A stretch of 64,000 nt of DNA, taken from positions 124,001-188,000 of IMG/VR virus record IMGVR_UViG_3300001460_000004; one strand, 5' to 3'. Positions 29,724 through 40,223 of the stretch are shown here, piece after piece; position 1 is the stretch's first letter; every line of letters starts with the position of its first letter. Under the pieces are notes generated by a model, which saw only the letters and a program-made list of their open reading frames with translations, was not told the origin of the DNA and searched no databases. Both the position numbers and the translations under genes were made by a program.

Positions 29724-30175
29724 TGTGGTATAGGCGAGTAACTGCTAGTTTAGGAGAAATTCCAAACTTTATTGAATTCTATAACAAAGAATTAATAGAA
29801 GCTAAAAAAGAATGTACTGTTTCTGGGCTAGTAGAACTTGCTATAAAAGAATTACCAGGCGTTACTGAACACAGATTTAATCAACTTCAAGAGATTGAAG
29901 CAATATTAAATTATTTAAATATACAAGCTAGAAAAATTAGACGCAAGCATTTTCAAAAATATCTTGAAGGATATGCAAAAGCACTTTCTAGTAGAGATGC
30001 TGAAAAGTATGTAGATGGTGAGGATGAAGTTATTGATTTTGAAACGTTGATCAATGAAGTTGCATTACTTCGGAATACATACTTGGGTATACTTAAAGGA
30101 TTAGAAACAAAACAATGGCAAATGGGACACATTGTAAGATTGCGTACTGCTGGCATGGAAGATATTAGAGTTTGA
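29723..30175 (+). CDS. uvsY: Recombination mediator (UvsY-like)
   Basis: 150-aa helical protein near uvsX; KYVDGEDEV...LKGLETKQWQMGHIV pattern. Confidence 0.7.
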   Translation: MWYRRVTASLGEIPNFIEFYNKELIEAKKECTVSGLVELAIKELPGVTEHRFNQLQEIEAILNYLNIQARKIRRKHFQKYLEGYAKALSSRDAEKYVDGEDEVIDFETLINEVALLRNTYLGILKGLETKQWQMGHIVRLRTAGMEDIRV

Positions 30176-30760
30176 TATTTTCACAAGCACATCAGAATGC
30201 AATTGAAAAAGGCAAAGAGTTTCATTTAGAAAACCCTACATGGTCTGGAACTGACAGTAAGCACTATCTTAAATACACTAAAAAGTTAGCAAAATATTAC
30301 AATATTAAAAACATACTTGATTACGGGTGTGGTAAGGGATTACAGTACGAAAAAGGTTACATGGATAAAATTGGTATTGAAGATGCTTATTTGTACGATC
30401 CTTGTGTTTCTAAATATAATAAATTTCCTCCCAAGGGTGCCAAGTTTGATGCTATATTGTGTATGCAAGTTATAAAACATATCCCAGATGAAGACTTACC
30501 TGCACTTAAACAATTCTTTGAACAAACTGCAACTAAATTTGTATTAATTGCCGATGTTGATCCCAGTGTTCCATCAAAAAAGAAAAAACAACTTATACAG
30601 GATTGGCGCAATCGAGATAACGCTTTTTACAAAAGTATGTTTGCTGACACCTGGTCCAGCTCGGCTAAATTATATTTTGCTTGGCACCAACCCATGGATA
30701 CAAAAGCAAGAGAAGATAACTTAAAAATACAGGAGATTAGAGTTTGACATTTTCATCAGC
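30164..30760 (+). repeat. Direct repeat at both junctions of the methyltransferase gene 30172-30747
   Basis: ATTAGAGTTTGA(T/C)ATTTTCAnnAGC at 30164-30188 and 30736-30760. Confidence 0.75.
30172..30747 (+). CDS. Class I SAM-dependent methyltransferase
   Basis: ILDYGCGKG, LYDP, FDAILCMQVIKHIP. Confidence 0.85.
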   Translation: MIFSQAHQNAIEKGKEFHLENPTWSGTDSKHYLKYTKKLAKYYNIKNILDYGCGKGLQYEKGYMDKIGIEDAYLYDPCVSKYNKFPPKGAKFDAILCMQVIKHIPDEDLPALKQFFEQTATKFVLIADVDPSVPSKKKKQLIQDWRNRDNAFYKSMFADTWSSSAKLYFAWHQPMDTKAREDNLKIQEIRV

Positions 30761-31490
30761 GGACTTGAGTCATCAGCATTCATTGCAAACCTTAGAAGAA
30801 CTATACCAGTTTGATGATTTTATGATGAGTGTGCGAACATTAGCTGATATGGGTTGCGGAAAAGGCAATGACATTGAATGGTGGGCAACTCGTACTACTC
30901 GGGATGAGCATAAAAAGCTATTAAATATCAAATGTACTGGAGTTGACACTACAGAAAAGTTACTGGTTGCTAATGAATATCCAAACATAAGTTATCAACG
31001 GCAGGACTTTGAAGATCCGTTTAAAAGAAAATTTGATGTAATATGGTGCCACGATGCTTTTCAGTACGCAATAAATCCACTTATTACTTTAAAAAATTGG
31101 AATAAAGCACTCACATCAGACGGGATGCTGGTAATTATTTTACCGCAACAAACTGTTATGGAGTTTAGAAGGCAAGCCTTTGATCAACCGCACGGCGTGT
31201 ATTATAACTGGACACTTATAAGTCTTATACATGCACTTGCTGTTAATGGATTTGATTGCGCCGGCGGATTTTTTAAAAAAGAAAGAGATGATCCTTGGTT
31301 ACATGCTATTGTGTACAAAAGCGAAGTAAAGCCAATGGATCCCCGTACTACTACTTGGTATGATTTAGCCGAAGCAGGGCTTTTACCAAGCACATTGTGT
31401 TCTGGTGTAGAAAAATATGCTAAAGCTAGACAACGTGATTTAATATTACCTTGGTTAGGTGGCTCTTTAATTTCATATAGTGATTACTGA
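30744..31490 (+). CDS. Class I SAM-dependent methyltransferase
   Basis: LADMGCGKG, FDVIWCHDAFQY. Confidence 0.85.
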   Translation: MTFSSADLSHQHSLQTLEELYQFDDFMMSVRTLADMGCGKGNDIEWWATRTTRDEHKKLLNIKCTGVDTTEKLLVANEYPNISYQRQDFEDPFKRKFDVIWCHDAFQYAINPLITLKNWNKALTSDGMLVIILPQQTVMEFRRQAFDQPHGVYYNWTLISLIHALAVNGFDCAGGFFKKERDDPWLHAIVYKSEVKPMDPRTTTWYDLAEAGLLPSTLCSGVEKYAKARQRDLILPWLGGSLISYSDY

Positions 31491-32336
31491 TTTTAATCTA
31501 GAAAGTGGTAATCCGTTAGCAATTTCTTCCACTGTAAATTCACTCCAGGCAATATCGTTGAGCCATTGTTGCCTGTCTGGCAGTAGAGGATTTTCTATAT
31601 CGTATAAAAAATCTATATCGTTAGCCACATCGTAAGCAAGACTATGGGTACTAACAAAAGCAGGAACACCATTGACACAAGAGTGCGTCCCCGGATTTGA
31701 GCTGTAACTGACAGTAGCCCACACATTATTGAAATCCATATCAAAGTCATCATAGGTGCCGTTAACATGTTGTGGTTCCTGTCTGTGTACATTTTTAAGT
31801 CCACGTTCTATATGTTCTAATCTACAACGTGGGTGTGGTCGAAATACAATTGGACGCTGTGTGTATTTACGTATTTCGTCGTATGTTTCTAAGAACCAAT
31901 TGCTCATACGTGGCATATTTTGCCACTGTAAACTCTTATCGTGTTGTCCGCATACTAAAATAAAATCCCCGTTGGATCTCCAAGGTTTACAAACCAGTCC
32001 CAAGCTAACAGCCCTAGACCTATCATTGTCTTGCTCACCAAAGTAAGCATCTCTGTTAATTCCATTTAGTCCTACTTTCCATGTTGTTCCGCGTTTGATA
32101 CTACCAACTTCGAGGACAATAACTGGTTTCCGAAGTTTTTGACAATGGGCCCAAATATCTTTGTTACGAGCCATTCTACCGTGAAACAAAACGCTCCAAA
32201 TAACATGAACATCGGAATCGTTAATATTATCACTGTTACCAATGTGGTGCCCATTAGCAATACAACTATGCTCAAAAGCATCAAAAATAGATTTTGCATT
32301 TAGTGCTCCATACTTTCTCCAGAGCTTGAATTTCAT
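31473..32336 (-). CDS. KpsS/KpsC-like capsular polysaccharide (GT-B) protein
   Basis: LVCGQHDKS, FRPHP, SSNPG..S..NGVPAF, RQQWL. Confidence 0.6.
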   Translation of the reverse strand: MKFKLWRKYGALNAKSIFDAFEHSCIANGHHIGNSDNINDSDVHVIWSVLFHGRMARNKDIWAHCQKLRKPVIVLEVGSIKRGTTWKVGLNGINRDAYFGEQDNDRSRAVSLGLVCKPWRSNGDFILVCGQHDKSLQWQNMPRMSNWFLETYDEIRKYTQRPIVFRPHPRCRLEHIERGLKNVHRQEPQHVNGTYDDFDMDFNNVWATVSYSSNPGTHSCVNGVPAFVSTHSLAYDVANDIDFLYDIENPLLPDRQQWLNDIAWSEFTVEEIANGLPLSRLKSVITI

Positions 32337-33205
32337 TATGAATTCCAGTACGCCTCTGGTCGATTGACCATTATATCTTTAGCCAAACTTTTACCTGTAT
32401 CCTTACGGGCACCTTTCATATGATCAAGCCATTTGCCAAGTGCACCATTAATTAAGGGATGCCCTCCCCCGCCTGATTTTGCTTCTTTTAAATACATCTC
32501 AGCACTGTAATCGTGTGCAGTTGGAAAGTCTGCTTTCATTTTATTAAGTATATGACCAAATACATAACTGTCATGCCATTCTTCTAATGTGAAAATACCA
32601 TGTTCAGCATCTTCATACATACGTTCAAACTCTTTAAGGAACTCGTGGCACACTGGATGATTTAGATTTAATCCATAAAATCCACACTCAGGCCAAGTCT
32701 GTGATCCTTTTCCTCTACCTACATATGTAATCCAGGCATTGTCTGGTAATTGTTCTGCAAACTGTTCATAACTCCATTCACTGTGTACAAATGTATCTGC
32801 ATCCATCCATATACACCAGTCTTTAGAGCGTGTACAAGCGTCATACACAGCATATGTCTTGTTAGCAAAGCGTATAGCATCCCATTTAAATGTTTTTTGC
32901 CAATCTTTACGACTGCGTTGCGGTTCATTACTAATATCACCGTTTGCTTTAGGTATATTACACCAACGTTCTTTAAATGCATTTAATTTTGGTAATGCTT
33001 GTTTTGCATTAATTATTTCTATTTGGCCAGGATTAGGGTTGTCAGGCATACAATCTTCTACATATACTAATAGTTTAATACGTTTGTCTACTTGTTGTAC
33101 AAAACTATTTAAAAAACGCTGTCCGTACTTTCTCATTCCATCTGGATGAAATGTTGTTAATACTGTTATATTTTTCTTCATATATATTTCCTCATGTGAC
33201 GCCAT
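32336..33205 (-). CDS. GT-A glycosyltransferase-like protein (start probably 33181)
   Basis: RFANK, WMDADT (DxD), ECGF, WHDSYVF, HMKG. Confidence 0.7.
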   Translation of the reverse strand: MASHEEIYMKKNITVLTTFHPDGMRKYGQRFLNSFVQQVDKRIKLLVYVEDCMPDNPNPGQIEIINAKQALPKLNAFKERWCNIPKANGDISNEPQRSRKDWQKTFKWDAIRFANKTYAVYDACTRSKDWCIWMDADTFVHSEWSYEQFAEQLPDNAWITYVGRGKGSQTWPECGFYGLNLNHPVCHEFLKEFERMYEDAEHGIFTLEEWHDSYVFGHILNKMKADFPTAHDYSAEMYLKEAKSGGGGHPLINGALGKWLDHMKGARKDTGKSLAKDIMVNRPEAYWNS

Positions 33206-34092
33206 GCCTCGCCGCTGCGTAGTTCTTCAAAGCTCCAGTGAAACATACTAATACGTTCTAACCATGCTTGTCTGTCAAACTCAATTGGATTTTCAATTCT
33301 ACTAAAATCGTTATGTGCAACTTCTTTGCACTGGCTTTTAATTGGGTCAGTTACAAATGCATGAAAACCTTGTATGATAGGACCAACTATACTGCTACTG
33401 TTATGATTAACAACAGCCCATGCTTTGTGTAAGTCTTGTTCAAGTGGAGTATCAAACGGGCTTATAGTAGTGTTATGCAAATTGTTTACTCGGCAGTTTT
33501 TTCCAGTCAGATACTCTTTGGCCCTTTTATCCCCTGGATGAGCTCGTATTACGATAAGACGGTCTGTGTGAACTCTAATTTTTCTTACAGTTTCAATTAT
33601 CCAATCTTGTATATTAATTCCATCCATGCTCCAACCACCATTGCGTTGACAGCAGAGTATTATATATTTTCCTCTAGTTTTATAAGGTAGTAATTCAATT
33701 TGGGTTTCGCGTTGTATTTTCTTCCATCGATGTCGGTGCGGATTATCATCAAAGTATATTCCAGTAGTTGGAAAAATACCATCAATGCTGTATCGTAAAT
33801 ACCCCCATGGATTTGCTGAATTTGAATACAGGAATAAGTTTGCATCGGCACATAAAGTTCTTGCATTGCACTCAATTACTCGTCGGCGCAAATCTAAGTG
33901 AGGAGTATGAGTTTGCTCATACACCCAACCTTGTATCATATTTAAGTCACTTGGGATAACATCAAATCCATCATGAATAATTCCTTGATCGCCACATGCA
34001 CAGACTCCTGTGATAAAATCTTGAAGGAGTTGTATTTTTTGAGGTTTATTATTTCTACCTGGAACTGATTTTAAATAGCTAACTACTTTCAT
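33178..34092 (-). CDS. KpsS/KpsC-like capsular polysaccharide (GT-B) protein
   Basis: LCCQR, IRAHP, VNHNSS, RQAWL; paralogous to 31473-32336. Confidence 0.6.
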   Translation of the reverse strand: MKVVSYLKSVPGRNNKPQKIQLLQDFITGVCACGDQGIIHDGFDVIPSDLNMIQGWVYEQTHTPHLDLRRRVIECNARTLCADANLFLYSNSANPWGYLRYSIDGIFPTTGIYFDDNPHRHRWKKIQRETQIELLPYKTRGKYIILCCQRNGGWSMDGINIQDWIIETVRKIRVHTDRLIVIRAHPGDKRAKEYLTGKNCRVNNLHNTTISPFDTPLEQDLHKAWAVVNHNSSSIVGPIIQGFHAFVTDPIKSQCKEVAHNDFSRIENPIEFDRQAWLERISMFHWSFEELRSGEAWRHMRKYI

Positions 34093-35803
34093 TTAGCATT
34101 TCCCATGCAAATCCTGACAACATTTCTTGAGGTGTAAATTGACAATAACTCAAATGTGCTGCAAATTCAATAACATCTTGTTTTTGTGGAATATATAAAT
34201 CATTTAAATCAGATATTTTTGTGTTACACAATGCACTGGCAGAATTAGCAGCAAGAGCAATAGCTGGTACTCCATGTAACATTGCTTCTGTTGCAGCAAT
34301 ACTATTATATGTTATTAACACATATGCTTTATCTAATGCATCCCATATAGTGTCAGAACTAATACGCTCGGTTCTAGTAGGTTTATCTCTCATATTAATA
34401 GGACGATCGGTGAATTTTCTAATTTCCTTTACAGTATTATACATCCACTTGTCGGGATCCTCCCCGTAAAATTTCATTACTTTCCCACTGGGTGGACAAA
34501 TTAATATTTCATCACCTCGTTTTTTCTTTTCAGGAAAGTGATATCCTATCTTGTTTAACCTATCGTGCGGCCGCTTTCTTATTTCACTTAAATTTTGCAT
34601 ACCGTTTTTAGTAATACGGTGATACGTTTTATGTTTAAAATTACCAAGATACCCAGTATCTAAATAATAAAAAGTTCTTCCATTTGCTATACAGTCTTTG
34701 ATTGCTTCCTGGCACTTTCCACTGAGACCTCGGATCAATAACGGAGTAGTTGATTTCTTTTCTCGATTGTAACTTGATATTCTGCCATTAGAGCCTTTAA
34801 CAAAATTAACACATATAGGATCGTATTTTAATCCTCTTTCCTCATAAGGTGCATCGCTTTCAATTGAAACACATCTTATTGTTTTACTATCTGGGTGTCG
34901 CATTTGATCTAGCTCCTTGTTATCAAAATATCTATCTTTTGGGTCTATGAGTCTTTCAAAACTTTTTTTTAAATATGCTCGGGCTTCAAGACTAAAAGGT
35001 AAATGATCGATTGGCTCTTCTTTACCTTCCCAGTACGGTGCTTTTAATTTTTCTTGAGTGTCAAATAATTGTTGGTGCAAACACCTTCTCTCAACTTTAT
35101 AGTATTCATTGGCATATTCACAATCTTCATGTTCTTTAAACCATGGGCCGCCTTCTGTGTAATGCAACGCTTTGGGTGTGCCGTGAACACCTTCATGGTA
35201 CCAACCTACTAACCAATTCCATTCGTGTGAAAACTCTCCTAAGTATCTATCAGTAATCCAGCTAAATCGATGCAAATACTTCCCAGTCTGTTGATTTACT
35301 ACTTTTGCTGTAACAAACTTGTTCTTTACATGTCCACAATTGATTAGCATACAACTGCTCCAATTTTTACGTGGATACAAGTGTTGGGCTTGTCCGTCCA
35401 TTTTAGTAGACTCAGTTGGAGTGTAGTCATGATGGGCACACATTATTGCATATTTGTCATCACGCTCATTAAATAATTTCCTAACATCATCCAAGAAAAC
35501 AAAGTCGCAATCAACAAACAATGCCCAACCTTTAAAATTACACAACTCGGGTATTAAAAATCGGGTAAACGTAAATTCAGTACTGCTAAGTGTATCAATT
35601 TCTCGGGTATACAATCCTGCCCCACGTAGATTTTTCTGTTTAAGGGGTACAATTTTAACTGGACCAGTAGCATGATCAAGTATACTTTGCTTGCATACTC
35701 GATAGGCAATATCTTCGCGGCTATCCCAACCTACAAATACATGCAGGGTTTCTAATTCTTCGTTTATGTTATCACCATCCAAAGATATAATCCTTCCTAA
35801 CAT
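34079..35803 (-). CDS. Fusion: GT8-like GT-A glycosyltransferase + KpsS-like domain
   Basis: FVGWDSRE, STEFTFTRF, FVDCDF, YPRKNWSS, HYTEGGPW; C-terminal LDTGY...NSIAATEAMLHGVP. Confidence 0.75.
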   Translation of the reverse strand: MLGRIISLDGDNINEELETLHVFVGWDSREDIAYRVCKQSILDHATGPVKIVPLKQKNLRGAGLYTREIDTLSSTEFTFTRFLIPELCNFKGWALFVDCDFVFLDDVRKLFNERDDKYAIMCAHHDYTPTESTKMDGQAQHLYPRKNWSSCMLINCGHVKNKFVTAKVVNQQTGKYLHRFSWITDRYLGEFSHEWNWLVGWYHEGVHGTPKALHYTEGGPWFKEHEDCEYANEYYKVERRCLHQQLFDTQEKLKAPYWEGKEEPIDHLPFSLEARAYLKKSFERLIDPKDRYFDNKELDQMRHPDSKTIRCVSIESDAPYEERGLKYDPICVNFVKGSNGRISSYNREKKSTTPLLIRGLSGKCQEAIKDCIANGRTFYYLDTGYLGNFKHKTYHRITKNGMQNLSEIRKRPHDRLNKIGYHFPEKKKRGDEILICPPSGKVMKFYGEDPDKWMYNTVKEIRKFTDRPINMRDKPTRTERISSDTIWDALDKAYVLITYNSIAATEAMLHGVPAIALAANSASALCNTKISDLNDLYIPQKQDVIEFAAHLSYCQFTPQEMLSGFAWEMLNESS

Positions 35804-36392
35804 TAGTAATTTCTTTTGCTCCGTGCATTTTTAAATATTTTCCTGCACATTCTTCAGTATCAGGATGCTGTTCGCATACTATAACAGGTTTGTACTTTAG
35901 TATAGTATTCATTGCACCTTGCAATACTTGTAACTCGTGCCTTTCACAATCAATTTTTAATAAACCAAACTTTGGTAAATTTAAATCATCCATTCTTTTG
36001 ATTGATATATCACCTTCACCAACTTCACTAACAAAACTATTACCAGTATTGTTGCTATCGTACTCCATTATTACTTGACTGTTTGTATTACCTAATGCAC
36101 ATTCATTAACTTGCACTGGTAATCCTTGCACATTTAAATGTAAGCATTCATAAACTTGTTGCATTGGTTCATATGCAATGACTTGATCAAATTTTTCAAC
36201 TAAATGCACAGCCCATAAACCAACGTTTGCGCCAACATCAACTGCAAGAGAAAAATCGGTTACATACTTGTATGCTTCGTCTCTAACATCATCTTGATAT
36301 TGCGGCGGCCCGCCATTTCTTACACGTTTTTTAATTAAACGTTCAAAATGATTATCACTATCTGGCATCCAGTAATTAAAAACTTGTTTCAC
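35772..36392 (-). CDS. FkbM-family methyltransferase
   Basis: VDVGANVG, YEP, LKIDCE..ELQVLQGA. Confidence 0.88.
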   Translation of the reverse strand: MKQVFNYWMPDSDNHFERLIKKRVRNGGPPQYQDDVRDEAYKYVTDFSLAVDVGANVGLWAVHLVEKFDQVIAYEPMQQVYECLHLNVQGLPVQVNECALGNTNSQVIMEYDSNNTGNSFVSEVGEGDISIKRMDDLNLPKFGLLKIDCERHELQVLQGAMNTILKYKPVIVCEQHPDTEECAGKYLKMHGAKEITNVRKDYIFGW

Positions 36393-37048
36393 TTTACACC
36401 TATGATTTTATTTTTACCGCCAGCGTAAGCAATTGATTGATACCCCAAAGGGCTTAATATTTCTAAGACTGTATCTTTTGAATGTCCATATCTAGCTTCA
36501 TGCCCTTTGCATTCATATAAAATTACAGGACGATGTGTTGTTATTAATTTAATACCACCTTTGATAATCAAAGGTTCATAACCTTCTGCGTCTATTTTAA
36601 TAAAGTCAACATCGGTTAGTTCAAGTGAATCAAGTGGTTTTACTGGAATATCTCCATCACTGCCTGGGGTAACATGTGTACTAAATGTTGACTTTTTTGC
36701 ATTGTAATTTAAACTTACATTTTGTTCTATTTCTCCTATGCCATGGGCATAAGTTTTGACATTGTCTAAGTTAAACTTTGCCATGTTCATTTCTAAACAC
36801 TTGTAAACCTTGGGTTCAATTTCAAATGCATGCACTTGCTGAAAGCGACGGCTCATGTGCTGACACATTAGTCCATAGTTTGCACCAATGTCAATTCCTG
36901 TACGATAGTTCTCACAAAGATCCATGGCTGTTTCAATTTGTTGTCTCTGGTAAGATTCCAACAACGGGCTACTAGTTCTTTTTAATGCCCGTATGAGTGT
37001 TTTGTCATCTTTAATAATTGTCCAACCTTGTATTACATCATGTTCCAC
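36389..37048 (-). CDS. FkbM-family methyltransferase
   Basis: IDIGANYG, FIKIDAEGYE. Confidence 0.88.
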   Translation of the reverse strand: MEHDVIQGWTIIKDDKTLIRALKRTSSPLLESYQRQQIETAMDLCENYRTGIDIGANYGLMCQHMSRRFQQVHAFEIEPKVYKCLEMNMAKFNLDNVKTYAHGIGEIEQNVSLNYNAKKSTFSTHVTPGSDGDIPVKPLDSLELTDVDFIKIDAEGYEPLIIKGGIKLITTHRPVILYECKGHEARYGHSKDTVLEILSPLGYQSIAYAGGKNKIIGVK

Positions 37049-37806
37049 TATGTACGCCTCTCAATGTCGTCTTCTTGTAATGTAGTGCCCATCCAAACTT
37101 CTATCACTTTGGCAGGCACATCTCCTATATTAGTGGCTTTATGCCACGTCATGGTGGGGATATCAATACTCTCACTTGGACCATATGTTTTTGATAGTTT
37201 ATCACCATTGGGGTATTCTAGTTCCATTTTAACTAGTCCATCAACTACACACCAATGCTCACTACGAACAAAATGACGCTGATCACTTAGTGATTTGTTG
37301 ACATCAAAGCATAGTTCTTTAACTTGCCATGTGTCTTGCTTGTCAAGTATAGTATAGTTTCCCCAGAGTCTTTGTGTTTTTGGTTTTTCCCAATTTTTTA
37401 ATATCCAGCTGCTGCTATTCTTCTTATCTTCGCCACCTACACCAAATGCAAATTCAACATCATCAAAAACCATTTCCGGAATGTTTTCTGCACTGCGATC
37501 GCCACCGTTTGCAAAGATAACATGTGAATCTGGATACATCATTTTTACATTTTTGATTGCTTCAATTGCAGTATCATCGTCGTCTGTAAAACACAAACAA
37601 TGATCTACAATACCTAACTCTTGAATTATGTTGACTCGTTCTGGTCCAGGCATAAAGGCCCTACCTTTTTTACGTGTAAGCCAGGCATCGCTGTTTACAC
37701 CAACAACCAACTTATTTCCTAATTTTTTTGCTGCCTTAAAATAGGCAATGTGTCCGCTATGGAGTGGATCAAATCCACCAGTGACTAGTACTATTTTTTC
37801 TTGCAT
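37048..37806 (-). CDS. Cytidylyltransferase-like (RfaE/TagD-type) domain fused to a mannose-6-P isomerase-type cupin
   Basis: GGFDPLHSGH (HxGH), NSDAWL.RKKG, ANGGDR, NSSS; C-terminal RLWG, SDQRH..RSEHW, EDDIER. Confidence 0.88.
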   Translation of the reverse strand: MQEKIVLVTGGFDPLHSGHIAYFKAAKKLGNKLVVGVNSDAWLTRKKGRAFMPGPERVNIIQELGIVDHCLCFTDDDDTAIEAIKNVKMMYPDSHVIFANGGDRSAENIPEMVFDDVEFAFGVGGEDKKNSSSWILKNWEKPKTQRLWGNYTILDKQDTWQVKELCFDVNKSLSDQRHFVRSEHWCVVDGLVKMELEYPNGDKLSKTYGPSESIDIPTMTWHKATNIGDVPAKVIEVWMGTTLQEDDIERRT

Positions 37807-37864
37807 AAAGTTATTTAGTGACGTTTAAATGCAGTAAATATGTTTTTAGAAGGCAAAAATTTAT

Positions 37865-38584
37865 ATGGATAATACAGTAAATTGTGCATGTTTGATACAT
37901 GGCGATGTGTATGAATGGCAGTATGTAGAAAAGTTATACAGTATGTTGAAAAGAAACATCAGCTATCCAGTAAGATTGCATGTGTTTACTGAGCCTGAAA
38001 GACCAGTGCCAGCTGAATTTGTTAAACATGACTTAACTATATGGGATGGAGTTAGCGGTCCTAAAAAAAGCTGGTGGTACAAAGTCCAAATGTTTGATAG
38101 AAAACATTTTGCAGGAAAACTTTTGTATTTTGATTTAGATGTTGTTATTACTGGAAACTTAGACTGGATACTAGCATGCAATCCTCAATATCTTTGGGCT
38201 ATACGAGATTTCAAACATTTATGGAGACCACAATGGAATGGTATAAACAGTAGTATGATGTACTGGGATACAATGCAATATCATCGAGTATGGAAAAACT
38301 TTAGCAAAGGTGATATAAAAGAAATTATGCGTAGGTTTCCTGGTGATCAAGATTATATTAGTAATACTGTTGACTTTAAACAATTTAGATTTTTTGATCC
38401 TCAAAAGATAGTAAGCTGGCGCTGGCAAGCAAAAGATGGAGGAATGAGTTTTGAGGGTAGCAGACATTATGCTCGTCCTGANGCAGGCACAGTTTTACCT
38501 CAAGGGTGTAATGTAATGATATTTCACGGATCGCCTAAACCACATCAAGTAAACGATCCTATAATAAATGGTTATTGGGTATGA
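37865..38584 (+). CDS. GT-A glycosyltransferase-like protein (ambiguous base N at 38482)
   Basis: WWYK, YFDLDVVI, NSSMM, GDQDYI, FHGSPKP. Confidence 0.8.
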   Translation: MDNTVNCACLIHGDVYEWQYVEKLYSMLKRNISYPVRLHVFTEPERPVPAEFVKHDLTIWDGVSGPKKSWWYKVQMFDRKHFAGKLLYFDLDVVITGNLDWILACNPQYLWAIRDFKHLWRPQWNGINSSMMYWDTMQYHRVWKNFSKGDIKEIMRRFPGDQDYISNTVDFKQFRFFDPQKIVSWRWQAKDGGMSFEGSRHYARPXAGTVLPQGCNVMIFHGSPKPHQVNDPIINGYWV

Positions 38585-39366
38585 TTATAATAAACTTTAT
38601 GCCAGGAGCAATGGGACATTTTCTATTAGGGCAAATTTATAGATGCTTTCCCAGTTACTATGAAGATAAAGTAGTGCAAATGAACCAACGATATTCATAC
38701 ATGCAACAAAAATCTACCAATCATCATGCAGAGCCTGATTTACGTTTACCGCGTCACGACATAATTGAACCACATCATTTGAGTTGGTTATTTGATAATC
38801 ATGGATCGTTACATAAAACTGTTTTGTTACACAATTATAATATATTACCCAAACGTGAGTTACGCTACAACAGTATAATTAATATAACTTGTAATGGATT
38901 AGCAACACAGCATACTTGTGCTTTTTTAAGCTGGATTAAGAACGGTAAATGGCATATAAAAAGTATCCAAGAGTCAGTTGCGTTAGGAAACAATCTTTAT
39001 CAAGAGACATGTGAGGAAATGCATCGATATACAAAAATGTACATGCCGTATCCAGAATCACATTGCAACATTGAATTTTGGGATATGAAAAATCCTGATA
39101 ACTTATTGGGTGTGTTAGGATCAGTTGCCCGGCATATAAATACTAATCGTATTACACCAATTAATAGAGTACAATATACACAGACTTATGCAAACACATT
39201 ACAACCAATACATAAACACGAAGAACTGTATCAAAACATGATGTGGGTATACAGTTGTTTACAACAGTATGCAAAAGATCCAGTTCCGCAGTATCAAGAT
39301 GCATTTAAAAATGATACAAAAAGGTTTAAATATACAGTTGAACAATTATTCAAGGTGTTTGAATAA
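38581..39366 (+). CDS. Hypothetical protein, P-loop/sulfotransferase-like family
   Basis: IINFMPGAMGHFL motif; start probably 38581. Confidence 0.55.
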   Translation: MIIINFMPGAMGHFLLGQIYRCFPSYYEDKVVQMNQRYSYMQQKSTNHHAEPDLRLPRHDIIEPHHLSWLFDNHGSLHKTVLLHNYNILPKRELRYNSIINITCNGLATQHTCAFLSWIKNGKWHIKSIQESVALGNNLYQETCEEMHRYTKMYMPYPESHCNIEFWDMKNPDNLLGVLGSVARHINTNRITPINRVQYTQTYANTLQPIHKHEELYQNMMWVYSCLQQYAKDPVPQYQDAFKNDTKRFKYTVEQLFKVFE

Positions 39367-39413
39367 AACATCATAAATAGTAGAGACAGAATTTCAATAG
39401 GAGCTTCATAGCA

Positions 39414-40223
39414 ATGGCAAAAACATTACGAATTATTGGTTTGGGATTTCACGCATCACAAGCAACAGTAACAATCAAACTTGACGGGGCAACAGTTTAT
39501 ACCGGAAATGTACCAACAGATACAGTGAATCCGTATACTGTAGATATGACAAATGCACAATTGTCAACAGCTTTTGCAACACCAGTACATACATGGGATG
39601 TTGCAGTTGATTCAGCTGGCACAAACAGTTTAGAAATTGAAGCAACACAAGGAGACTTTGTTTTCTTAAGAGCTGACAGTAATTATATGCCAATTAGCTA
39701 CATTGCATCTCCAAGTGATATGTTTAGTTCCGGTGAGTTTGGATATATTAACTGCTATTATACAACTACTTCAGATGGCGTTTATAGAGATCCCAACAGT
39801 AGTGTACAAATTGATAGCGTTGCTCTTACTCCTTCGCGTAGTGCCGGTCAACTTTTAGGACAATGGAACTGGGGAATTGAAAGTGGCCAAGTGTTTACTA
39901 GTACGTTAAATGTAAGTGCTGGGCTTGAAACACCTGATCCACTTGATGAAGCAACACTAATTAAATCAACTCTAAGTTACACCGGTGATGGTACAACAAA
40001 CTCTTTTGCAATCCCAACTGATGCAGGTGGTGCAGTACGTACAACAACAACTGGACTAGTCAATGGTGCTGATCAGCTTACAAACTGGGTAGTTGATCAA
40101 GCTAGTAATCCAAAAGTTGGCGCATTTAATGTAGTTCCAGCTAGTGGTACAGCTATTGTTATTAATCGTGTTGAGAGATTTGATGACAGCTTAACAAGCT
40201 ATGCTAATTTTGAACTAGTATAA
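39414..40223 (+). CDS. Putative virion structural/adhesin-like beta-rich protein
   Basis: Thr/Ser/Gly-rich, YTGDGTTNSF motif, TAAATA upstream, terminator downstream. Confidence 0.6.
   Translation: MAKTLRIIGLGFHASQATVTIKLDGATVYTGNVPTDTVNPYTVDMTNAQLSTAFATPVHTWDVAVDSAGTNSLEIEATQGDFVFLRADSNYMPISYIASPSDMFSSGEFGYINCYYTTTSDGVYRDPNSSVQIDSVALTPSRSAGQLLGQWNWGIESGQVFTSTLNVSAGLETPDPLDEATLIKSTLSYTGDGTTNSFAIPTDAGGAVRTTTTGLVNGADQLTNWVVDQASNPKVGAFNVVPASGTAIVINRVERFDDSLTSYANFELV

Noticed and set aside
38482-38482. Ambiguous base N in a glycosyltransferase gene
   Set aside because: Assembly ambiguity; the frame is intact and there is no sign of programmed variation
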